17,561 nt of DNA from Candidatus Sumerlaeia bacterium (GCA_038208905.1 JBBQYG010000076.1:1-17561); one strand, 5' to 3'. Positions 8,699 through 16,266 are shown, counted from the first letter of the stretch. Notes: a model not told the origin generated them from the letters alone. Translations and numbers: made by a program.

Positions 8699-8839
8699 CA
8701 CCCGATGCAAACTCCCGCTCGCGCCGCGCAGTCTGTAATGTCCGAATGGAAGCATCACCCCACGTATCGCACCCCCCCCGGCCCCGGCTCCCCCTCACGC
8801 GGGGAACAGCCCCGGGCAAGTCCGAAAGGAAATCTCAAG

Positions 8840-10039
8840 ATGGCTCAACGACTATCGATCTTTGTCTGGGTACTCGCTCTGGCGCTCCTCGTATCGCTGG
8901 CGCCCTCCGCGGCGCGGGCCCAGAATCAGGGCGTCACCGGATACGGCTTCAAGATTTACCGTGTTGATTCGTCGCTATATCCCTTCACTCAGGTCTATTT
9001 CCGCACCTTCGACCAGAATATGGATCCCCTGATCAACCTGACCGAGCTCAACTTCGGGCTCATGGTGGCGGGGCGCTCCTATGATCCGCTCAAACTCCAG
9101 TACACGATCCAGACACTTCAGAACCGGCAGGAGGCGTTCCGCTCCGTCCTCGTCATCGATTGTAGCAAGACGATGGAGGGCGAGCCGTTTGGCTATGCCC
9201 TGCGCGCCGCCGCCCGCTACGTGGACAGCAAGCGCCCTCAGGACGAGGTCGCGATCCTTGCCATCAAGGACACGGCCACTGGCTGGGAAGTTGTTTCCGA
9301 GTTCGAAAAGGACGGCGGCGCCCTTGCGCGCCGCATTGCCGACATGCGCCCGGACGGATTGAGCACGCGTCTCTATGATTCCGTCGCCGCCGCCATCGCC
9401 ATGTGCGGCACGTCGTCCCAGGGCGGTGCCACAAGCCTGCACGCCAACCTGATCGTCTCCAACTCCATCGTCGTCATCTCCGACGGATTCGACGAGGGGA
9501 GCGCGCTCAGCCGCGAAGAACTCAACAACCGCATCACCAACCTTGCGATCCCCATCCCGATCTATTCCTTCGGCTATACACAGATTAATCCGTCCCACCT
9601 CGTGAATCTGGAATCGCTCAGCAAGAATTCGCTGGGCCGCTACTACGATGTACGCACCGACGGCACGGCCCTCCAGAGGAAGGTCGAGGACATCCAGCGC
9701 AACATCCTCCAGGGCGACTATGTCATCACCTTCCGCGCGTACATTCCGGTGGACGGCGCCAAGCACGACTTCATGGTCGGCGTCGAGTATCCGCGCGGCA
9801 GCGGCAAGATCACCTATCAGTCCGCCCAGTTCTCCGCCATCCAGCCGCCGCCGCTTCCGCCGATCCGCGATGCGATGGTCAAGCTCAACGGCAAGCTGAA
9901 GCCCATCCCCGACGGCAACCCCTACCTGGATTCCGGCGATCTGGAGCAGTTCATGCCCAAGGCGGGCGGCGGCAAGGCTTCCTCCTCAAGCACTGACGAG
10001 TTCATGCCCAAGGCGCCCGCTCCGGCCGCGCCGCAGTAG
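8840..10039 (+). CDS. Secreted vWA domain protein, paralogue 2
   Basis: SD AAAGGA at 8825-8830 before ATG 8840. Signal peptide ending AARA. VLVIDCSKTM...TRLYDSV...VVISDG. Collinear with paralogue 1. 399 aa. Confidence 0.87.
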   Translation: MAQRLSIFVWVLALALLVSLAPSAARAQNQGVTGYGFKIYRVDSSLYPFTQVYFRTFDQNMDPLINLTELNFGLMVAGRSYDPLKLQYTIQTLQNRQEAFRSVLVIDCSKTMEGEPFGYALRAAARYVDSKRPQDEVAILAIKDTATGWEVVSEFEKDGGALARRIADMRPDGLSTRLYDSVAAAIAMCGTSSQGGATSLHANLIVSNSIVVISDGFDEGSALSREELNNRITNLAIPIPIYSFGYTQINPSHLVNLESLSKNSLGRYYDVRTDGTALQRKVEDIQRNILQGDYVITFRAYIPVDGAKHDFMVGVEYPRGSGKITYQSAQFSAIQPPPLPPIRDAMVKLNGKLKPIPDGNPYLDSGDLEQFMPKAGGGKASSSSTDEFMPKAPAPAAPQ

Positions 10040-10047
10040 AGGAAAGT

Positions 10048-10085
10048 CGAGAGCGCCCCCCACACCGGGGGGCGCTCTCGCTTTC
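10048..10085 (+). terminator. Strong intra-operon hairpin (weak terminator, attenuator or mRNA stabiliser)
   Basis: Perfect 14-bp stem CGAGAGCGCCCCCC (10048-10061) / GGGGGGCGCTCTCG (10067-10080) with a 5-nt loop, followed only by CTTTCT. Confidence 0.65.
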
Positions 10086-10100
10086 TGGCAACCCGCCCCC

Positions 10101-12695
10101 ATGCCCTTCCTTGTATCCCTGAATCCCGCGCTCATGCACCGGGAGTTCGACCTCTCCGATGGAGAGGTCGTTGTCGGTCGGGACGCATCGAGTTGCGAAG
10201 TCATCGTCACCGGACATACGATCTCCCGCCGCCACTGCCGCATCGTTCCCGGGCCCGGAGGCGCGTGGGCGATCGAGGACCTCCAGTCCACCAACGGCAC
10301 CTTTGTCAACGGCCGGCGCGTGCCCCAGGCGGTGCTGTCCCATCGCGACGTGATATCCCTCGGCGACGCCAACAATTTCGCCCTGCGATTTCAGGCCCAG
10401 CGGTCCGGCGACGGCGCAGAATCCTTCCTCCTCCCCGCGCAGGATCGCTGGATGATCGGACGCGCGGCGGCATCCGACATCTCGCTCCCCTTCGAGGCGA
10501 TGGTGTCCTTCCACCATGCGGAATTGCGCCGCAGCGGCGATTGCGTGGAGGTGCGCGACCTCGGCAGCCTCAACGGAACGTTCGTTTCCGGCGTGCGCGT
10601 CCGCCATGCCGTCGTGGAACCCGGGGACGTCGTGACGGTCGGTTCCACGGCGTTACGCGTGGAGCCCGCGGAAGGTGGCGCGCTACGCGTCGTATCGAGG
10701 GAGATCGGCAAGGACATCTCCCTTGAATGCGTGGGCCTCGTGCGCGAGGTGGCCAACCACCGCCGCCTTCTCGACGAGATAGCTCTCTCCATCCGCCCCG
10801 GCGAATTCGTGGGGCTGCTCGGCCCCAGCGGCGCGGGGAAGTCCACGCTCCTCAAGGCGCTCAACGGCTACGCGCCCCCAACATCGGGTTGCGTTCTCGT
10901 GAACGAGACGCCGCTGCATCGTTCCATCGAGATGTTCCGCAGCGCCATCGGCTACGTCCCACAGGACGATATCGTCCACACCGATCTAACCGTGCGGCAA
11001 TCGCTCGATTTCGTTGCCCGTTTGCGGCTCCCCGCCGACGTCACGAGGCGCGACCGCCTCGATCTTGTGGATACTACCATCGAGACGCTGGGCCTCAGCC
11101 ACGTCGCCGCCAGCCGCATCCACCAACTCAGCGGTGGCCAGCGCAAGCGCGTCTCCATCGGCTGCGAACTCATCACGCGCCCCGGCATCCTCTTTCTCGA
11201 CGAGCCCACCTCGGGACTGGACCCAAGCACCGAGGAGCGCCTGATGCGCCACTTCCGCGAGATGACGCGCCTGGGCTCCACGATCCTGATCACCACGCAC
11301 ATCCTGTACAGCCTGGACCTGCTCGACCGCGTGGTGATTCTTTCTCGCGGAAAGCTGGTCTTCTTCGGCACGCCCGCCGAGGCGCTCGTGTTCTTCGGCG
11401 ATGCACAGCCGCTGGAGCGCGCGACGCAGATTTTCGACCTCTTGGAGGGCATCCAGCCAGGGCAGGAAACCGCGCCGTCGCCGCAGCTTGCCGACGAGCG
11501 CGCCGCGGAATACCAGCGACGGTTTCTCGAGTCGCCGCTCTATCGCCGCCACGTCCGCGAGACCTGCTCCCCGATGGCTGCGCACCTGCACGAGGTGATG
11601 GAGCAGGGTGGCCCCGCCGCCGACGTGGACGGTACCCACGCAATCGCCGGGCGAAAGGGCCGCTCCTACTACGAGTCACTGCTCCGGCGCCCACGCGAGC
11701 GGCGGCGGCGCTTCGCCTGGGGGGCGATCCTTTCGCCGAGGTTGATTCTCACCCAGGCGCTGCGTCATATCGCCGTCAAGCTCGCCTCGCCGCGCCGAGC
11801 GCTTCTCTATCTCGCCATTCCCATCATCCTTGCGCTCGTGACGCTGACGCTGCGGGTACCGGGATCGTTGTCGAACGAGGAAGCAGATAGGCAACGTGCG
11901 GAAATCGCGGAGTCCATCGATCCTCGCGTGGGTCCCGGCCTCAAGTCCGTGCTGTCGCCCAATCCAGAGACCGACGAGCGTGACGCGGCGCAGATCGTCT
12001 ATGCAATCCGCTACGAGGGACCGTCACGCCTCCCTGTTTCCCTCAGCGTCCTCGTCATGTTCGTCATGACGGCGGTCTTCACGGGGACGCTGATGTCGTG
12101 TCTCGACATTTCCACGGAGCGGTCGATCTACCTGCGAGAGAGGCTCGCCGGACTTCGCATCGCTGACTATCTCACCTCCAAACTGCCGTTCCTCTTCGCC
12201 GTGCTCGCGCTGCAGAGTGGGATCTTCCTTGGGCTCTGCCTCCTTAAACCGGGGCTGCACGATGTCGATGTCCTGGGTGTGTTTCTCGCGCTGCTTGCAA
12301 TGTCCTGTACCGCGGGGGCGATGGGCCTGTTCCTTAGTGCCCTCGATCCCACTCCGGGCCAGTTCTCCGTCGTGCTCGCGCTCGTCGCGGTGCTTCCCCA
12401 ACTCGTACTCTCCGGCGGGCTGGCTCCCGATTTCTATGGTGGCATGGCCGCGCCGCTGCGCTGGCTCGCCGATGCGTTCCCCGCGCGGTGGGGGCTGGAG
12501 ATGCTGATGACGGCGTGTTACGACCAGCCCCATCGCGAATCGCTCGCCTGGACGGGCGCCTTCGTCACCGATATGGCGGGATTCCGTTTTGGAACCGGGG
12601 TCTATACACGGAGCCTCGTCGCCCTTGCCTTGCAGACTGCCTGCTGGCTGCTCTTGACGGGCGCGGTCCTGCGGCGCCTTGATCACCGTCGATAA
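10101..12695 (+). CDS. FHA-FHA-ABC ATPase-ABC2 membrane fusion transporter (Rv1747-like architecture)
   Basis: FHA1 (VGR...SRRH...STNGTFVNG) and FHA2 (IGR...SFHH...SLNGTFVSG). Walker A GPSGAGKST, Q-loop YVPQDD, signature LSGGQ, Walker B LFLDEPT, H-loop ITTH. C-terminal multi-TM domain. Confidence 0.93.
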   Translation: MPFLVSLNPALMHREFDLSDGEVVVGRDASSCEVIVTGHTISRRHCRIVPGPGGAWAIEDLQSTNGTFVNGRRVPQAVLSHRDVISLGDANNFALRFQAQRSGDGAESFLLPAQDRWMIGRAAASDISLPFEAMVSFHHAELRRSGDCVEVRDLGSLNGTFVSGVRVRHAVVEPGDVVTVGSTALRVEPAEGGALRVVSREIGKDISLECVGLVREVANHRRLLDEIALSIRPGEFVGLLGPSGAGKSTLLKALNGYAPPTSGCVLVNETPLHRSIEMFRSAIGYVPQDDIVHTDLTVRQSLDFVARLRLPADVTRRDRLDLVDTTIETLGLSHVAASRIHQLSGGQRKRVSIGCELITRPGILFLDEPTSGLDPSTEERLMRHFREMTRLGSTILITTHILYSLDLLDRVVILSRGKLVFFGTPAEALVFFGDAQPLERATQIFDLLEGIQPGQETAPSPQLADERAAEYQRRFLESPLYRRHVRETCSPMAAHLHEVMEQGGPAADVDGTHAIAGRKGRSYYESLLRRPRERRRRFAWGAILSPRLILTQALRHIAVKLASPRRALLYLAIPIILALVTLTLRVPGSLSNEEADRQRAEIAESIDPRVGPGLKSVLSPNPETDERDAAQIVYAIRYEGPSRLPVSLSVLVMFVMTAVFTGTLMSCLDISTERSIYLRERLAGLRIADYLTSKLPFLFAVLALQSGIFLGLCLLKPGLHDVDVLGVFLALLAMSCTAGAMGLFLSALDPTPGQFSVVLALVAVLPQLVLSGGLAPDFYGGMAAPLRWLADAFPARWGLEMLMTACYDQPHRESLAWTGAFVTDMAGFRFGTGVYTRSLVALALQTACWLLLTGAVLRRLDHRR

Positions 12696-12722
12696 TCAAG
12701 CTAGGCTACGCCCTCCCACTTC

Positions 12723-14396
12723 ATGCTCCCGCCACGCTACCAGAACGTCCGCCCACTCGGATCAGGCAACATGGGCGACGTGCTCTATGCGGAGGATACC
12801 ACCCTCAAGCGCCCCGTTGCGATCAAGCGCGTGAAGGCCGGTCTGCTCGAGAACGACGAGATCCGCCAGCGCGTCGAGCGCGAGACGCTCCTTCAGGCGC
12901 GCATTGGCGCGCATCCGCACATCGCCACGCTCTACGAACGCATCGACCTCGCGGGCGGCGAACTTCTTATCGTGATGGAGTACATCGACGGAGAGACGCT
13001 CAAGTCGCTCCTCGAGCGCGCCGCCGCCGAGGGGCGCGCGCTCACCATTGGTGAAATCATCAACATCGCCGATCAGGTGCTTCAGGCGCTCTCCCACATC
13101 CACTCCCACGGCATCATCCACCGCGATATCAAGCCGGGAAACATCATGGTGCGGCGCGACGCGGAGGGGAAACTCGTCGCCAAGCTCCTCGACTTCGGCA
13201 TCGCCCGCCATCAGGCCGACACGGCGCTTCCGGTACTCACGCGGGAAGGAGGCAGTACGCCGGGCACGCCGCTCTATATGGCACCCGAGCAGATCGATCC
13301 CGCCCAGTTCGGCGAGGCCACGCCCGCCACCGACATCTACGCCCTCGGCGTGATCCTCTATCAGATGGTGGCAGGGCATCCGCCGTTTGCCGGCACACTG
13401 ACCGAGGTGATGAACGCCCACCTCGTCAAGATGCCCCCGCCGATTTCCATTCCCAAGGAAGCCGCGGAGGCGATGCCGATCGGCGGCATCATCCTCAAGG
13501 CGCTTTCAAAGCTTCCCGCCGAGCGCTACCACTCGGCACGCGCGATGCGCGACGCGCTCAACAGTCTCCTTACGCACCTCACCGCCAGCCGCATTCAGAT
13601 TCTCGAAGCCAAGCGGCCCAGCAGCACCATGATCGACACCACGGAGGCTATGGCGGCGGCGGATGGCGCGCGCACCGTGGTCTCCGCGGGTGCTCAGACG
13701 GTCATTGCAGGCGCGGTGCCTTCTTCCAACGTGGAGGCTACCCGGCTGGCCGATGGCTCCGCGCCAAACGTGAGCACGCGCGCGGGCCTGCGAAACCCGG
13801 TGCTGGTTCTGCTCTCTGTGGGGGCTATCCTGCTTTTTGGAGCCATGGCTGTACTCGCCGTCATCATTCGCGGCGCGTTGATGAGCGGAGCGGAGGAAGG
13901 AAAGCCTCCAGTGATTGTCTTCGGCGAACGCCCCCAGCCCACTCCCACACCCGCGCCCACGGAAGCAATCGTCACCGATCTCGTCAGGCTACCGCCCGAG
14001 TCCGACCTCGAACCTTCCCATGCGGAACGGGAGGCCACGCCCGCGCCCACCGCGTCGCCACTTCCCAGCGAAGCCCCTTCCACCGATGAGCGCAGTGCTC
14101 TCGATACCTTTGACGAGGAGTACAAGAAACGACAAGCCGAGCGTGCAAAGTCCGGTGCCGGCGCCCCTACCGTCGCGCCGCCTACCGCTGCGCCTGCCGC
14201 CCCGACAATCGCGCCGGCGCAACCGACCCAGGGACCGCCCCCAACAGCCGTGCCCCCCTCCCCGCAGCCCCCCTCCCCGCAGCCCCCCACGCCTCAGCCA
14301 CCAACCGAGGCGCCACCCCAGCCCACTCAAAAGCCTCCATCGAGCGGACCCGTTCCAAACGCCCCCGGACGCCTTCCCGGAAGATGGGTGGACTGA
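12723..14396 (+). CDS. Hanks-type Ser/Thr protein kinase, single TM helix, Pro/Ala/Thr-rich C-terminal tail
   Basis: Motifs GSGNMG, VAIK, HRDIKPGN, DFG, GTPLYMAPE and DIYALG. Hydrophobic helix VLVLLSVGAILLFGAMAVLAVII, then a low-complexity Pro-rich tail. Confidence 0.95.
   Translation: MLPPRYQNVRPLGSGNMGDVLYAEDTTLKRPVAIKRVKAGLLENDEIRQRVERETLLQARIGAHPHIATLYERIDLAGGELLIVMEYIDGETLKSLLERAAAEGRALTIGEIINIADQVLQALSHIHSHGIIHRDIKPGNIMVRRDAEGKLVAKLLDFGIARHQADTALPVLTREGGSTPGTPLYMAPEQIDPAQFGEATPATDIYALGVILYQMVAGHPPFAGTLTEVMNAHLVKMPPPISIPKEAAEAMPIGGIILKALSKLPAERYHSARAMRDALNSLLTHLTASRIQILEAKRPSSTMIDTTEAMAAADGARTVVSAGAQTVIAGAVPSSNVEATRLADGSAPNVSTRAGLRNPVLVLLSVGAILLFGAMAVLAVIIRGALMSGAEEGKPPVIVFGERPQPTPTPAPTEAIVTDLVRLPPESDLEPSHAEREATPAPTASPLPSEAPSTDERSALDTFDEEYKKRQAERAKSGAGAPTVAPPTAAPAAPTIAPAQPTQGPPPTAVPPSPQPPSPQPPTPQPPTEAPPQPTQKPPSSGPVPNAPGRLPGRWVD
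14253..14297 (+). repeat. 15-bp coding tandem repeat (PPSPQ, PPSPQ, PPTPQ) in the kinase tail
   Basis: CCCCCCTCCCCGCAG at 14253-14267 and 14268-14282, with a degenerate third copy CCCCCCACGCCTCAG at 14283-14297. Confidence 0.85.
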
Positions 14397-14404
14397 ACCG
14401 GCAG

Positions 14405-14426
14405 GGATGAGGTTTGAGGGATGAAC
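14405..14426 (+). repeat. Heptamer array (GGATGAG GTTTGAG GGATGAA C) between the convergent kinase and mtnB
   Basis: Same unit as the arrays at 3939-4027. Shares the terminal GAGGGATGAAC with the minus-strand array at 3999-4027. Confidence 0.6.
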
Positions 14427-14473
14427 ATGCGGTGAGGGCTGTTGTTTCCTGCAATTCACCGTCCTATCCCCGG

Positions 14474-15097
14474 CTAAAGCCTTCCCCTCATCGCCATGTA
14501 ACGGAAAATGTACTCGATTAGCTCGATGTAATTGCGCGCGGCCGTGGGGTTCCTCGCCCAAACGGTGACTCCGTGGTTCTCGATCACGAGGACAGGGATG
14601 CGGGGAGGGCCGACTGTGAAGAGATTGCGAATCTCCTCCGCGATTCGCGGGACTTCCAGATGATTGCGGAGGACGGGGATCGGGACCAGGGGGTCCTGCT
14701 CCCAGATATCGAAACCCTTGATCATCTCAAGCGGCGGGAGGACGAGCGACCCCCCCTCGGCCCAACCGGAGACCAGGTTCCCCTCCACCGAATGCACATG
14801 ATAGATAGCGCGAGTTTCCGGCACGATGGAGTAGAGAGCGCGGTGGATCACCGTTTCCGCCGAAGGCTTGTCGGATGGCGCAAATCGATGCAGAACACCG
14901 CCGTCCAGACCCACCTCCAAGAAATCGGATTCCGCCAACTCGCCCTTGGACCGACCGCTTGCCGTGATCCAGAAGGAGGAATCTCCCTGGCGTGCGGAGA
15001 CGTTCCCCGACGTGCCCACCATCCAGTCATTGAGGTAGAACGATCTCGCGTGCGCCGCGAGGGTGCGCCGCAATTCCGCGTCGGCGTCCGAGTGCAT
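14474..15097 (-). CDS. mtnB: Methylthioribulose-1-phosphate dehydratase (class II aldolase family)
   Basis: Motifs WMVGTSGNVS, ITASGRSKG, KPSAETVIH, YHVHS, LEMIKG and NHGVTVWA. Confidence 0.88.
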   Translation of the reverse strand: MHSDADAELRRTLAAHARSFYLNDWMVGTSGNVSARQGDSSFWITASGRSKGELAESDFLEVGLDGGVLHRFAPSDKPSAETVIHRALYSIVPETRAIYHVHSVEGNLVSGWAEGGSLVLPPLEMIKGFDIWEQDPLVPIPVLRNHLEVPRIAEEIRNLFTVGPPRIPVLVIENHGVTVWARNPTAARNYIELIEYIFRYMAMRGRL

Positions 15098-15181
15098 AAA
15101 GAGGAGGGCTCCTGAGTCCGCAGTCCTGCCGGGAAAAACACTCTTTGCGTGGTGAAGACTTGGGCAACGGCAAAAGCGGGT

Positions 15182-15637
15182 CTAGACGCGGCTCGCGTCG
15201 GGACGCCAATGCCGGATGGCCTTCTTTATCTCAGTTGGCGCCAGATTCTCCTCGGCCGCCCGATGCGCCAAGTAGCGCAATTCTTCGTTGCCGGCAAACC
15301 GGAGGGCAACGATCTGGGGGCGGGAAAGCCTTGCCGCGATGGGGGCGAAAGCTTGTCCCGTGGTCTCCGCATAGCGCAACGCGACCTCTGTCTGTATCAC
15401 CCGATCCTGAAGCATCAGCGCATAGATGCGAACACGAATCGTGATGATCACCAGGCCCGTGGCTACCAGTAAGATGGCAAAGGCGCCCACCACCTCCCTC
15501 CCGGGCGCGCCACCCGTCACCGACAGGACAAAGTTGACCGCAGCCGCAATACCGCCAAGAAGGACAAATGGCGAGGCCACCAAGTGGTAGATGGGGTCGA
15601 TACGCTTGTGATTTGCGAAATTCTGGGGCTCTTTCAT
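15182..15637 (-). CDS. DUF6526-like membrane protein
   Basis: Recalled family pattern QNFANH..., YALMLQDRVI...E..LRY, QIVALRFA..EL, EIKKAI..WRPD..RV. Two hydrophobic segments. Confidence 0.75.
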   Translation of the reverse strand: MKEPQNFANHKRIDPIYHLVASPFVLLGGIAAAVNFVLSVTGGAPGREVVGAFAILLVATGLVIITIRVRIYALMLQDRVIQTEVALRYAETTGQAFAPIAARLSRPQIVALRFAGNEELRYLAHRAAEENLAPTEIKKAIRHWRPDASRV

Positions 15638-15913
15638 GACTTGCTCCGGCGGAGGTGTTTAGAAATGTCGATTTACCGGGGGCAAGGAACGAGCCCATTC
15701 GGCCCAATCGTCAGGCAACCGATCTTCGTTCCGGCGGGTGCCGAATCCTGCTCGCCCATGCCTTCCGGATTGCAGAATGCACAGTTGCCGAGGCAATCTT
15801 CCTGAGAAATGCCCGAACAAGGCCGCGTCGAGCGGAGAATGAAAACCTCATTTTTTGCCCGAAATATGCGCTAAGGCGGCTCCTGTCGCAGCATCGCGGG
15901 GCCTGATACGGAC

Positions 15914-15928
15914 TGGCACGGAAATGGT
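15914..15928 (+). promoter_or_regulatory. Candidate sigma54 (-24/-12) promoter for the small-protein trio
   Basis: TGGCACG-GAAA-TGGT. The -24 box is perfect; the -12 box deviates from TTGC. It lies about 60 bp upstream of ATG 15991. Confidence 0.35.
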
Positions 15929-15990
15929 TCCTGTTGAAGCATGAATGAGAAGGTAATCCCCAACTCAACATTGCCAAAGGAGTCACACTT

Positions 15991-16263
15991 ATGGGAAACA
16001 CTGTCAAGGCCGCACATGAAGTGGAAGAAACCGTCGAGCACATGAAGGAAACCGTCCGCGAGGGCTATGAAACCGCCAAGGCCAAGGTTGCCGAGGTCGG
16101 CGAGAAGGCGCATGAAGTCTGGGACAAGGCGGCGGACACCTCACTGAACGACGTCCATGATTCCGTGAAGGCCTATGTCGGCAAGAACCCCGGCACCACG
16201 CTCCTAGCTGCCGCGGGCGTCGGACTGCTCGTGGGCCTCCTGATCCGCGGACATCGCCACTAG
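15991..16263 (+). CDS. DUF883 / ElaB-YqjD-like tail-anchored protein
   Basis: SD AAAGGAG. Charged helical N-terminus, then YVGKNPGTTLLAAAGVGLLVGLLIRG, matching the yv..nP....aa.vG.l.G.l C-terminal anchor. Confidence 0.85.
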   Translation: MGNTVKAAHEVEETVEHMKETVREGYETAKAKVAEVGEKAHEVWDKAADTSLNDVHDSVKAYVGKNPGTTLLAAAGVGLLVGLLIRGHRH

Positions 16264-16266
16264 GCC

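Noticed and set aside
1946-8839. Extended N-termini in the ORF track (1946, 3072, 5228, 7448, 7466, 8705)
   Set aside because: Downstream starts fit SD sites, stop/start overlaps, signal peptides or domain boundaries better.
2094-12495. CRISPR array suggested by scattered GTTCCCCGCG / GCGGGGATAAA matches (about 2094, 3085, 12476)
   Set aside because: The matches are isolated, partial and inside coding sequence. There is no regular repeat-spacer spacing and no cas gene.
7547-14396. Type VI secretion cluster, or a TerY-P-type vWA-phosphatase-kinase defence triad
   Set aside because: No T6SS structural genes or PP2C phosphatase are in the window. These vWA proteins have signal peptides, unlike cytoplasmic TerY.
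255-14561. Long antisense and alternative-frame ORFs (e.g. 255-1211 +, 4149-5114 +, 6063-7304 +, 7478-8758 -, 10727-11890 +)
   Set aside because: They are shadows of well-supported genes in GC-rich DNA and show no recognisable motifs.
15098-15181. SAM riboswitch upstream of mtnB
   Set aside because: The region is only 84 bp and shows no recognisable SAM-riboswitch core sequence.
15293-15330. c-di-GMP-I riboswitch-like string GGCAAACC...GGGAAAGCC
   Set aside because: It is antisense within the DUF6526-like CDS, has no recognisable second stem, and has no adjacent downstream gene to control.
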